The position numbers and the translations under genes are program-made. A stretch of 60,983 nt of DNA from Clostridia bacterium (GTDB lineage Bacteria > Bacillota > Clostridia > TANB77 > CAG-508), in NCBI GenBank assembly GCA_017511265.1, contig JAFWKV010000042.1:1-60983 (forward strand), in the 5' to 3' direction. The notes beneath the pieces were generated by a model that saw nothing but the letters and a program-made list of their open reading frames with translations, ran no database searches and had not been told where the DNA came from. Shown here in pieces: positions 42,851 to 52,418 of the stretch; positions within the stretch are counted from its first letter, which is position 1, and every line of letters starts with the position of its first letter.

Positions 42851-42886
42851 AAAAAGACAGCACATATTTAAGTTGCTGTCTTTTTT
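42851..42886 (+). terminator. intrinsic terminator
   Basis: AAAAAGACAGCA-loop-TGCTGTCTTTTTT. Confidence 0.75.
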
Positions 42887-42937
42887 ATTGAATATATTTT
42901 GAAGTATGATATAATAAAAAATAAAAAAGGAGTAAAA

Positions 42938-44869
42938 ATGGAAACAGATATAAAAGAAAATTATATTGATGAAATAACACTTGATAAATTAGAAAGACTT
43001 AATTTTATAATTAAGGGTTATCAAAGAGGATATAAATGGGAAACCAAACATATAGAAAAACTAATTCAAGATTTATGTGATTTCATTGATAGTAACCCTA
43101 ACAAGGATGATTATTATTGTTTGCAAACTATTGTGGTAAAAAAAATAGGAGAAAATATCTATGAATTAATAGATGGGCAACAAAGATTAATTACAATATA
43201 TATCCTCTTAAAAATGATATATGAAAATAGAGATGAAGATTTATCAAATGGAAAATTTTATTTTGAGTTTGAAAGAGATAAAAATAAAGAAGAAAAAATA
43301 GGAGATTTTTTAAGTAATATTGTAGAAAAATCAAAAGAAGAAAATAATGATTATATGAAAAACTTAGATGCTTATTATATGAAAAACGCATATAGAGTAA
43401 TAAAAAAATGTATGAAAAAAAGAAAAGAAGAAAAAAATAGTTTTTTAGGGACCGAGCTAGAACATTTATTTTACAACGATAAAAAGGTGAAATTTATATG
43501 GTATGAAGTAAATGAAAGTACTACTTCAACATCAGAAGAAATATTTTCAAGAATCAATATGGGAAAGATACCATTAACAAATTCAGAACTAATAAAGGCA
43601 GAGATATTGTCTTTCAACAAAAGTGATAACATAAAATTAAAACAATTAAAAATTGTAAGTGAATGGGACAATATAGAAAACAAACTTCAAAATGAAGAAT
43701 TCTGGGAATTTATTAGACCTAAAAAAGATAATTTTGTAAATAAAATAGAATTTATATTTGATTATGCAGTAAAAAGAGAAGATGATAAACTTAAAATTGA
43801 TAATAAAAAAGAAAAACAAAAAAATGAATTCTATATATATGATAGAATTTGCAATATTATAGAAAAAGAAAAAAAACAAGATATTAATATAGAAATAGAT
43901 GATATATGGAAAAAATACGTTAGAAATTATTTTGAAACTTTAATGGAATGGTATGAAGACATAGAAATATATAATATGATTGGATATTTAAACTTATTTG
44001 ATAATGAAAATACAATATATGAATTAATGAATACATACAATTCATGTAAGCATCGTGACAAAGAAGAAACAGACAAAGATGACACAGACGAAGAACAAAT
44101 AAATACTAAGGAAGAATTTAAAGAAAAATTAAAAGGAAAAATAAGAGAAACAATAAAAGAAATCGATATTGAAGAACTCGAATATGAATCAGAAGATGGA
44201 AAAAATGGAAAAAGTGGAGATAACAAAAGAATACAAAAAATATTATTCTTATTTAATATTCTAACATCAATAGACTCAAATGACAGATTTTTATTTAATA
44301 AATTAAATGATAGAAATGTTTCTTTAGAACACATACATCCTCAAAACCCAGAAGGAATGGAAGAAAAATACTTTCCAGAATGGATTAATAGTACAAAACA
44401 GCATCTATACGAATTAAAAAATACTGTAAATATTCAAAATATTGATAATAATTTAGACGAAAATATAGAAAAAATCCTTGAAAAAGCATTACAAAAAATA
44501 AGAGAATTTGAAAAAACAAAAAAAACACAAAGGAAAGACTTTAAAAAATTATTTGATGATGTAATTGAACTATTAGATTATATTTATGATGCAAAAGGCA
44601 ACAAAGATTTACATTCTATACAAAATTTAGCACTATTGAGTAGAACAATGAATAGCAAGTTAAATAATTCTTTATTTGAAAGTAAAAGAGAGAAAATCAT
44701 AGAATGTTCTAATAATAAGGAATTTTATATACCAATATGTACTAAAAATGTCTTTTTTAAATATTACAGTAATAAAGCTAAAAGTTTATATCTATGGACT
44801 AGTGAAGATAGAGAGGACTATCTAGAAAAAATAATAAAAAGACTTGCAGATTTTTTGCCAGAGAATTAA
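42938..44869 (+). CDS. DUF262 + DUF1524 (HNH) GmrSD-like endonuclease
   Basis: YQRGYKW, IDGQQRL, FSRINMGKIPL, EHIHPQ, NLALL...NSKLNN. Confidence 0.85.
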   Translation: METDIKENYIDEITLDKLERLNFIIKGYQRGYKWETKHIEKLIQDLCDFIDSNPNKDDYYCLQTIVVKKIGENIYELIDGQQRLITIYILLKMIYENRDEDLSNGKFYFEFERDKNKEEKIGDFLSNIVEKSKEENNDYMKNLDAYYMKNAYRVIKKCMKKRKEEKNSFLGTELEHLFYNDKKVKFIWYEVNESTTSTSEEIFSRINMGKIPLTNSELIKAEILSFNKSDNIKLKQLKIVSEWDNIENKLQNEEFWEFIRPKKDNFVNKIEFIFDYAVKREDDKLKIDNKKEKQKNEFYIYDRICNIIEKEKKQDINIEIDDIWKKYVRNYFETLMEWYEDIEIYNMIGYLNLFDNENTIYELMNTYNSCKHRDKEETDKDDTDEEQINTKEEFKEKLKGKIRETIKEIDIEELEYESEDGKNGKSGDNKRIQKILFLFNILTSIDSNDRFLFNKLNDRNVSLEHIHPQNPEGMEEKYFPEWINSTKQHLYELKNTVNIQNIDNNLDENIEKILEKALQKIREFEKTKKTQRKDFKKLFDDVIELLDYIYDAKGNKDLHSIQNLALLSRTMNSKLNNSLFESKREKIIECSNNKEFYIPICTKNVFFKYYSNKAKSLYLWTSEDREDYLEKIIKRLADFLPEN

Positions 44870-44902
44870 AGTGAAAATTTATCTAAATGGAGGAATATAC
44901 TA

Positions 44903-47266
44903 ATGAGCAATGAAGCTACTAATAAAAAAAAGAAATACACTTTTTTTGAATTATTAGAAGATTTTAAAATAGTAATACCTATAATACAAAGAGATTATGC
45001 ACAGGGAAGAGAAGATGAAATTTCAGAAAGTATAAGAAAAAGTTTTATAGACACAATAGATGAATCATTAGGAAATAATAAAAAGTTAGAATTAGATTTT
45101 ATATTTGGAAGTACAAAATTAAATAAAGGAAAAAATATAAAAGAACTTAGTTTATTAGATGGACAACAAAGATTAACAACATTATTTCTATTGCATTGGT
45201 ATTTTGCAAAAAAAGAAGGAAAATTGGATAAACAAACAAAAGAAATCCTTAAGAAATTTTCTTATTCAAATAGAACAAGTTCAGAAGACTTTTGTAAAGA
45301 ACTAATTGAAAAAGGAATAGAAATTCCATCAGGTACGCCCAAAGAAGGAAAGCAAATAATAAAAAAGATAATAAAAGAACAAATATGGTATTACAGTGAA
45401 TGGGATAATGAACCTACAATTAAAAGTATGATTAATATGCTAGATACTATACATTTAAAATTATATAATAAAAACTATTTTGAAAAATTAAAAAAGAATA
45501 TTAGCTTTTATTTTCAAGAGATGGAAGAATTTGGATTAACTGATGAACTATATATAAAAATGAATTCTAGAGGAAAACAACTTACAGATTTTGAAAATTT
45601 TAAAGCTGAAATTATAAAAATACTAAGAAACAAAAGTGAAAAGGGAAATAACAAAGCTGCAGATTTATTAAAAAGATTTGAAAAAAATATTGAAACAAAA
45701 TGGGTAGAATTTATATGGGATTATAAGGAATTTATAGAAGAAAAAGATGATGAAAAACTAATAAATATAGATTCACCATTTATCAGGTATATTTTTGTGA
45801 TTTCAGAATTGATATATGATTTAAGAATAAGAGAAAATGGAAATGAAGATATAGTTTTTCCTAAATATGTAGATAATCTTCCTGTTATAGATTTTACAGT
45901 AATAAAAAAGATATATAGTGATATTGAAAATATAAGAATGTTAGCAGATATACTTGATTTATGGCGTGATAAACAAAAAACTGATGAAGATTTTTCAAAA
46001 ATATTTAGCAGTTGTTATAAAAAGGGAAAGGTAACATTATTTAGAAATAAAAATGATGAAAAATATAGTAATTTAATTGATAAATGTATGCATGATGAAT
46101 TAGAAATAAACGAAAGACTAATATTATTTTCATATATACTAAGAAAACTACAATATAAAGATGAAGATAAAGAATTAGAAAACTATATGAGAGTTATTAG
46201 AAACCTGATTGAAGAAAGAAGATCATTTGTAACTAGTGCAGTTACTCATATGTCAGATGTACGTTCTAACAGAAACTATACACCATATCTTAGGTTTATA
46301 GATAAAAATCTGGTAAAATCGGACAATATATATGAAAGCATATTAAATATTGATGAAAAAGAAGAAATAAAAAATGGACCTAGAGGAGCTGCAATAGAAT
46401 TAGAAAAAAGAAAAGCAAAAATAATGAAACAACATAAGGAACTACTAAATTCATTAGAAGACAAGGCAATTATAAAAGGCATGCTTTTCAATTTTATAGA
46501 TTTTATAGAACAAAAACCAGATAAAATTAAAAGATTCATAGAAATGTTTGAAACTACAAATTTATATAATTTAATTTATAGAGCATTTTTGAGCATAAAT
46601 GATTATGGTATAGATATACGTAGAGATAAATATTTTTATGGTAATAGTAAAGAAAACATGTATGACATAATTACATACAAAGACAGCAAAAATATAAAAA
46701 GTATTATAGACATTCTTTTTAAAAAGTATTCTTCGAAAAATTATGACAAATATGAAGATTTCCTACAAGAAATTATTAATGAAAATATAAAAAAATTAGA
46801 GAAAAGTAATTGGAGATATGCAATTGTAAGAAGTGAAGAACTTTTTGCTGAGCAGGAAAATCATGATTATATTTTATCTGTTAAAACTGACGAACATTTG
46901 GTGAAAAATAATGTGAATGTAAACTATTTAACTGGACATAAAAATAATAGTAAACACATAAATATTTATTATATTCCACTAATAAAAAAATACAATTTAA
47001 AAGAATCAGAATGTTATACAAAAAATAAAGATAGATATGGTGCAATAGTTTTAAATGAAAACGATATAAAAATAGAGATGATAGATAGAGGCATAAAAAT
47101 AGAAACAAAAATTTATAAAGATAGAATAAAACAAATGATACCAAATGCAATATATGAAAAAGAATACCTAATAATAGAATACAATAATGAAGAAGATTAT
47201 ATTACTCAAATTATTTCTGCTATAGAAAAAATAAGGCAATTACAGGCAGAACAGAAAAAGAAATAA
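44903..47266 (+). CDS. DUF262 domain protein with a long unknown C-terminal region
   Basis: IPIIQRDYAQGR, LDGQQRLTT, YIKMNSRGKQLT. Confidence 0.85.
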   Translation: MSNEATNKKKKYTFFELLEDFKIVIPIIQRDYAQGREDEISESIRKSFIDTIDESLGNNKKLELDFIFGSTKLNKGKNIKELSLLDGQQRLTTLFLLHWYFAKKEGKLDKQTKEILKKFSYSNRTSSEDFCKELIEKGIEIPSGTPKEGKQIIKKIIKEQIWYYSEWDNEPTIKSMINMLDTIHLKLYNKNYFEKLKKNISFYFQEMEEFGLTDELYIKMNSRGKQLTDFENFKAEIIKILRNKSEKGNNKAADLLKRFEKNIETKWVEFIWDYKEFIEEKDDEKLINIDSPFIRYIFVISELIYDLRIRENGNEDIVFPKYVDNLPVIDFTVIKKIYSDIENIRMLADILDLWRDKQKTDEDFSKIFSSCYKKGKVTLFRNKNDEKYSNLIDKCMHDELEINERLILFSYILRKLQYKDEDKELENYMRVIRNLIEERRSFVTSAVTHMSDVRSNRNYTPYLRFIDKNLVKSDNIYESILNIDEKEEIKNGPRGAAIELEKRKAKIMKQHKELLNSLEDKAIIKGMLFNFIDFIEQKPDKIKRFIEMFETTNLYNLIYRAFLSINDYGIDIRRDKYFYGNSKENMYDIITYKDSKNIKSIIDILFKKYSSKNYDKYEDFLQEIINENIKKLEKSNWRYAIVRSEELFAEQENHDYILSVKTDEHLVKNNVNVNYLTGHKNNSKHINIYYIPLIKKYNLKESECYTKNKDRYGAIVLNENDIKIEMIDRGIKIETKIYKDRIKQMIPNAIYEKEYLIIEYNNEEDYITQIISAIEKIRQLQAEQKKK

Positions 47267-47297
47267 AAAATAAGCAAAAAAATTACAACAAAAAAAC

Positions 47298-47326
47298 GCA
47301 TAATTTTTTCCTGATTTGTCATAATA
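47298..47326 (+). promoter_or_regulatory. sigma-G-type promoter of spoVT
   Basis: GCATA-N17-CATAATA; spoVT is sigma-G dependent in Bacillus. Confidence 0.6.
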
Positions 47327-47357
47327 AAATTAATGACAAAATAAAGGAGGGAAAAAA

Positions 47358-47912
47358 TTGAAAGCAACAGGAGTAGTAAGAAGAATAGATGATTTAGGTA
47401 GAGTAGTCATTCCAAAAGAAATAAGAAAAACACTTCGTATAAAAGAGGGAGACCCACTTGAAATATTTACAGATAAAGAAGGAGAAGTAATTTTAAAAAA
47501 ATATTCTCCAATAGGAGAGCTATCAGAATTTGCATCAGGTTATGCAGAAACACTTTCAAAAACAACAGGACACATTGCTTGTATAACAGATAAAGATACA
47601 GTAATTGCAGTATCAGGAGGTTCTAAAAAGGAATTTCTAGAACAGAATTTAAGCCCAGAATTAGAGCAACTAATGGAAGATAAAGAAATATATACAAGTA
47701 ACGAAAATAATGATGTATCTCTTCCTATAACAAGAAATGACAATAAAGAAAGAAGATATAATTCACAAGTTGTATATCCAATTATTTCTGATGGAGATAC
47801 AATTGGAAGTGTTGTATTACTTTCAAAAGAAGTTAATACTAAAATGACAGATGTAGAGAAAAAGGTAGCTCAATCTGCTGCAAGTTTTTTAGGAAGCCAA
47901 ATGGAAATATAA
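47358..47912 (+). CDS. spoVT: stage V sporulation protein T
   Basis: MKATGVVRRIDDLGRVVIPKEIR AbrB-like domain plus GAF domain. Confidence 0.96.
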   Translation: MKATGVVRRIDDLGRVVIPKEIRKTLRIKEGDPLEIFTDKEGEVILKKYSPIGELSEFASGYAETLSKTTGHIACITDKDTVIAVSGGSKKEFLEQNLSPELEQLMEDKEIYTSNENNDVSLPITRNDNKERRYNSQVVYPIISDGDTIGSVVLLSKEVNTKMTDVEKKVAQSAASFLGSQMEI

Positions 47913-47914
47913 AA

Positions 47915-47950
47915 AATTAAACCGATGAAATTAATTTCATCGGTTTAATT
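47915..47950. terminator. perfect 36-bp palindrome, probable bidirectional terminator
   Basis: AATTAAACCGATGAAATT|AATTTCATCGGTTTAATT between convergent genes. Confidence 0.7.
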
Positions 47951-48698
47951 ATAATCGTTCATCATAACTATCTGCTGGTAAAGTACTAGGAATATTTTGA
48001 AAAAATTGCTTCGCTTCAAACATCCTTAAATTATGTCTAGTTTGTTCAAGCATCGTTTTTTTCTCGCTAGTTAATTCATTATTATCTTCATAGCAATACA
48101 ACAAACTAACAGCTTCTTCATATAATCCACTATTCACATATAGGCGAACAAGCAAATTAACATCATTTTTTTGATATCCCAAATCCTTTACTACATCAGA
48201 TATTTTGTCAAGGCTTATATGTTCAGGTGATTGATTCACTAAAAAAACATCAGGATGACTTTTTACAAATTCTTGTATTAAAAAGTCTTTTAAATGCAAA
48301 TCAGTCTGTGAAGAGTCTGGCATTACACGACTAATTTTTATAGAATTCTTAATTGCTTTTTTAATAGAAAGAAATGTCTCGCGACTTTCAACTAACCCAT
48401 TTTGAAAAGCTTTTGTTATATAACATGATATTGTACTTACAGAAAGATGTGTATATTCCATAATATCATTTAAAGAAAACCCATTATTTACCATATCTGA
48501 AATTTGTATTTGACGTTCCTTAGAAGAATACTTATGTCTATTTTTAAATGCATTATAAGGAATCAATTCTTTTTCTCTTAAATCAATAATATAAGTAATT
48601 ACAATACCTAAATGTAAATTTAATATTTCGGAAATTTCTTTTTCTGAGTAACTTTGATTGTATAAATTTAAAACTTTTGATTTTATTTCTTCTTCCAT
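47949..48698 (-). CDS. hypothetical protein with two HTH-like repeats and a TPR-like helix pair
   Basis: YSEKEISEILNLHLGIV and FSLNDIMEYTHLSVSTISCYI; start 48698 (or 48707) after AAAGGA. Confidence 0.65.
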   Translation of the reverse strand: MEEEIKSKVLNLYNQSYSEKEISEILNLHLGIVITYIIDLREKELIPYNAFKNRHKYSSKERQIQISDMVNNGFSLNDIMEYTHLSVSTISCYITKAFQNGLVESRETFLSIKKAIKNSIKISRVMPDSSQTDLHLKDFLIQEFVKSHPDVFLVNQSPEHISLDKISDVVKDLGYQKNDVNLLVRLYVNSGLYEEAVSLLYCYEDNNELTSEKKTMLEQTRHNLRMFEAKQFFQNIPSTLPADSYDERL

Positions 48699-48849
48699 AA
48701 TCAACATCCTTTAAAAAATAATTTAATATAGTTTAACATAAAATACTTAAAAAATCAAATTTATATTGAAAAACACAACTATTTCTTGATTTTTTTTAGG
48801 TTTTGAATTATAATTTAAAGGTGAAATTTATAAAGAAGGGAAGGCTCTT

Positions 48850-50607
48850 ATGAAAGCAATAGAAATAAGAAATAAGTATATAGAATTTTTTAAAAAAAAT
48901 GGACACAAACAAATTCCATCAGCACCATTAATTCCAGAAAATGATCCATCAGTACTATTCACAACAGCTGGAATGCAACCACTAGTGCCATATTTGTTAG
49001 GTGAACCTCATCCACAAGGAAAAAGACTTACTAATTTTCAAAAATGTGTAAGAACAAACGATATAGAAGAAGTAGGAGATAACCGCCACTTGACATATTT
49101 TGAAATGCTTGGAAATTGGTCGCTTGGAGATTATTTTAAAGAAGAATCGATAGCAATGAGCTTTGAGTTTTTAACAAAAGAACTAAATATTCCAGTAGAA
49201 AAATTATCTGTTACATGTTTTGCAGGAGATGATGATTGTGCACGTGACACAATATCTGCTGAAGCATGGAAAAAAGCAGGCATTCCAGAAGATAGAATAT
49301 ATTTTTATGGAAAAGATGACAACTGGTGGATTGCAGGAGAAGAAGGACCATGTGGACCTGATACAGAAATGTTTTACGATACAGGTAAGCCTGCATGTTC
49401 TCCAGAGTGCCAGCCATCATGTGATTGCGGTAAATATGTTGAAATATGGAATAATGTATTTATGGAATTTTTCAAAGATAAAAATGGATATAGAAAACTT
49501 GAACAACAAAACGTAGACACAGGTTTAGGATTAGAAAGAATGACAATGCTATTACAGGGAAAAGAAACTCCATTTGATACTGAAATTTTTGCACCTGTAA
49601 TGGAAAAACTATTAAAACTACAAAAAGTAGATAATATTAGTAGTAGAAGACTTGTAGCGGAACACTTACGTTCAAGTATAATGATAATTTGTGATGGAGG
49701 AAGACCAAGTAATTTAGATAGAGGATATGTTTTAAGAAGACTAATTCGTAGAATGATAAGACATTTAAACAAGTTAGAAATATCATTAGACGAGCTATCA
49801 AACTTAATAGAATTAAATATAGAAACATTAAAAGAAATGTATCCTGATTTAGAAAAAAATAAAGACATAATAAAATCAGTGTTAATAGAGGAAAAAGATA
49901 AGTTTGTAAAAACACTTGCACATGGTGAAAGAGAGTTTGAAAAAGAAGTAAAGAAACTAGAGCAAAAAGGAGAAAACCTAATTGATGGTAAAGTCGTATT
50001 TAGACTATATGATACATATGGCTTTCCACCAGAAGTTACTGAAGAACTTGCCAAAGAACACAATTTAAAAATAGATTTAGAAGGATTTAATAAATTGTTT
50101 AAAGAACACCAAGAAAAATCTAGACAGGGAGCTGGACAAAAGTTTAAAGGTGGTTTAGCAGATCAAAATGAACAAACAATAGCATATCATACAGCAACAC
50201 ATTTACTTCATCAAGCACTAAAAGACGTTTTAGGTGATCATGTAAAACAAAGTGGTTCAAACATAACAACAGAAAGACTAAGATTCGACTTTACACATCC
50301 ACAAAAAGTTACAAAAGAAGAATTAGCAAAAGTTGAAGAGATAGTTAATAAACAAATTCAAAGAGACTTAAAAGTTACCTGTGAAGAAATGTCGTATGAT
50401 GAAGCAAAGGCATCAGGAGCAATAGGTCTATTTACAGATAAATATGGAGATAAAGTAAAAGTATATACAATAGGAGACTATAGCAAAGAGATTTGTGGAG
50501 GTCCTCATGTAACACATACTGGAGATATGGGAAGATTTAAAATAAAAAAAGAAGAATCAAGTTCATCAGGAGTAAGAAGAATAAAAGCTGTTTTAATTAA
50601 AGAATAG
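48850..50607 (+). CDS. alaS: alanyl-tRNA synthetase, short form without C-Ala domain
   Basis: FTTAGMQP, FEMLGNWS, DTGLGLER, LYDTYGFP, editing HTATH and EICGGPH; promoter TTGATT-N17-TATAAT at 48786-48814. Confidence 0.95.
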   Translation: MKAIEIRNKYIEFFKKNGHKQIPSAPLIPENDPSVLFTTAGMQPLVPYLLGEPHPQGKRLTNFQKCVRTNDIEEVGDNRHLTYFEMLGNWSLGDYFKEESIAMSFEFLTKELNIPVEKLSVTCFAGDDDCARDTISAEAWKKAGIPEDRIYFYGKDDNWWIAGEEGPCGPDTEMFYDTGKPACSPECQPSCDCGKYVEIWNNVFMEFFKDKNGYRKLEQQNVDTGLGLERMTMLLQGKETPFDTEIFAPVMEKLLKLQKVDNISSRRLVAEHLRSSIMIICDGGRPSNLDRGYVLRRLIRRMIRHLNKLEISLDELSNLIELNIETLKEMYPDLEKNKDIIKSVLIEEKDKFVKTLAHGEREFEKEVKKLEQKGENLIDGKVVFRLYDTYGFPPEVTEELAKEHNLKIDLEGFNKLFKEHQEKSRQGAGQKFKGGLADQNEQTIAYHTATHLLHQALKDVLGDHVKQSGSNITTERLRFDFTHPQKVTKEELAKVEEIVNKQIQRDLKVTCEEMSYDEAKASGAIGLFTDKYGDKVKVYTIGDYSKEICGGPHVTHTGDMGRFKIKKEESSSSGVRRIKAVLIKE

Positions 50608-50617
50608 GAGAGGAATA

Positions 50618-50947
50618 ATGGAAGATTGTTTATTTTGTAAAATAATAAAAGGAGAAATTCCTTCAGAAAAAATTTATGAAGATGATGATATTTTAGCATT
50701 TAATGACATTAATCCACTTGCACCAATTCATTTTCTAGTAATACCTAAAAAACATATAGCATCACTTGCTCATATTGAGGCAGGAGAGGAGCAGATAATA
50801 GCTAAAATTTATAATATTATAAATAAATTAGCAGAAGAAAAGGGATTCAAAGAAAAAGGCTATAGAGTAATTGTAAACTGTGGAGAAGATGGAGGACAAG
50901 AAGTAATGCACTTACATTTTCATGTATTAGCAGGAAAAAAACTATAA
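50618..50947 (+). CDS. HIT family nucleotide-binding protein
   Basis: DCLFCKII, HLHFH triad. Confidence 0.95.
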   Translation: MEDCLFCKIIKGEIPSEKIYEDDDILAFNDINPLAPIHFLVIPKKHIASLAHIEAGEEQIIAKIYNIINKLAEEKGFKEKGYRVIVNCGEDGGQEVMHLHFHVLAGKKL

Positions 50948-51054
50948 TTTGCAACTAACAGTTGTATATAAATATACTGAAAGAAAAATACCCAATGGAA
51001 GACCACAGATATGTTTGGTTCAAAATATATTTATATACAACTGTTAGTTGCAAA
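50948..51054 (-). repeat. Family-D palindromic element (reverse orientation)
   Basis: Arms TTTGCAACTAACAGTTGTATATAAATATA / TATATTTATATACAACTGTTAGTTGCAAA; the minus-strand core aligns with 20380-20452. Confidence 0.85.
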
Positions 51055-51106
51055 AAAAGTGAATTTATGTTATAATAAAAGAAGTACAAAAGTGGAGGTA
51101 ATTATT

Positions 51107-51757
51107 ATGTTTGAAAGTAAATATAGTGGCTTTTTAACAGCATTATTAGTAATAATAATTTTTGGAATAATATGTGTTTTAGGATATTTAGGATTTACAT
51201 TTTATCAACAATTTAATACAGACAAAGCTGCATCAGATGCAGTAGATGCATTTATTGAAGAAGTTTCAGATAAAGACAAAGGCTCACAAGAAGGTGGAGA
51301 TGCTATTGATAATGTAGAAGATACACCCATATCATCTTCTGGAACAAGACAATTAAATGGTTATAACATAGTAGGAACAATTGAAATTCCAGCAACAGAT
51401 GTTAAATATCCTATATTAGAAAAAGTTACAAAAGGTTCTATTGAAACAGCAGTTGCAGTTCTTTATGGACCTGGACCAAACCAAGAAGGAAATACAGTAA
51501 TAGTTGGACATAATTATAGAAATGGTCAATTCTTTTCAAATAATAAAAAATTGTCTAATGGAGACAAAATATATATAACAGATACATCTGGGAAAAAACT
51601 TGTATATACAATATATAATAAATTTGAAACTACACCAGAAGATACAACTTTCTATACAAAAAATACAAATGGTGCAAGAGAGGTTACATTATCAACTTGT
51701 ACAGACAATAGCAAAGCTAGAATTATTATAGAAGCAAAAGCAGATGATGATGCATAA
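51107..51757 (+). CDS. sortase (class D-like)
   Basis: N-terminal TM, IVGHN, TLSTC, downstream R; ATG after GGAGG; promoter TTGCAA-N17-TATAAT at 51048-51076. Confidence 0.9.
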   Translation: MFESKYSGFLTALLVIIIFGIICVLGYLGFTFYQQFNTDKAASDAVDAFIEEVSDKDKGSQEGGDAIDNVEDTPISSSGTRQLNGYNIVGTIEIPATDVKYPILEKVTKGSIETAVAVLYGPGPNQEGNTVIVGHNYRNGQFFSNNKKLSNGDKIYITDTSGKKLVYTIYNKFETTPEDTTFYTKNTNGAREVTLSTCTDNSKARIIIEAKADDDA

Positions 51758-51760
51758 ATT

Positions 51761-51800
51761 AATAAATAAAAGGCTACTTTTCAATAGCCTTTTATTTATT
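51761..51800 (+). terminator. intrinsic terminator
   Basis: AATAAATAAAAGGCTA-loop-TAGCCTTTTATTTATT. Confidence 0.7.
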
Positions 51801-51815
51801 TAGCCAAAATGCTGC

Positions 51816-51839
51816 TATATAAATATATTTTGAACAAAA
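51816..51839 (+). repeat. Family-D fragment
   Basis: TATATAAATATATTTTGAACAAAA is identical to 20380-20403. Confidence 0.6.
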
Positions 51840-51909
51840 TACTAGACATAAGGCAAAAACAACGATATAATAACAAAAGATAATTAGGCAATAAAAGGAG
51901 AACAAACTT

Positions 51910-52413
51910 ATGATACTAGTATTATTAGGAACACAAAATAATAGTTTTCATAGACTTTTAGAAGAAATAGATAATAATATAAAAAATGGTAATATACAAG
52001 ATGAGGTAATAGTACAAGCAGGCTTTACCAAATACAATTCAAAAAATATGCAAATATTTGATATGTTACCAAAAAATGAATTTGATGAATTAATAAAAAA
52101 AGCAGATTTAGTAATAACACATGGTGGAGTAGGTTCAATTATGTCTGCAATAAAAATGGGAAAGAAAGTAATTGCAGTTCCAAGACTGAAAAAATATGAA
52201 GAACACGTCAATGACCATCAACTAGAAATTATTAGCACATTTAAAAAGCAAGGATTAATAATAGGAATAAATGATGTAAAACAATTACCTAAAGCCTTAA
52301 AAGAGGCGAAAAGCATACAACCAAAGCACATTAGTAAAGGGACAAACAAGATAGTGCAAATTATAGATGACTTTATACAAAATGATATAAACAAGAAAAA
52401 GGAGAAAAAATAA
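51910..52413 (+). CDS. PssE/Cps14G (GT28 C-terminal, Alg13-like) glycosyltransferase subunit
   Basis: [26 protein letters not shown]...EHVNDHQ. Confidence 0.87.
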   Translation: MILVLLGTQNNSFHRLLEEIDNNIKNGNIQDEVIVQAGFTKYNSKNMQIFDMLPKNEFDELIKKADLVITHGGVGSIMSAIKMGKKVIAVPRLKKYEEHVNDHQLEIISTFKKQGLIIGINDVKQLPKALKEAKSIQPKHISKGTNKIVQIIDDFIQNDINKKKEKK

Positions 52414-52418
52414 GATTA

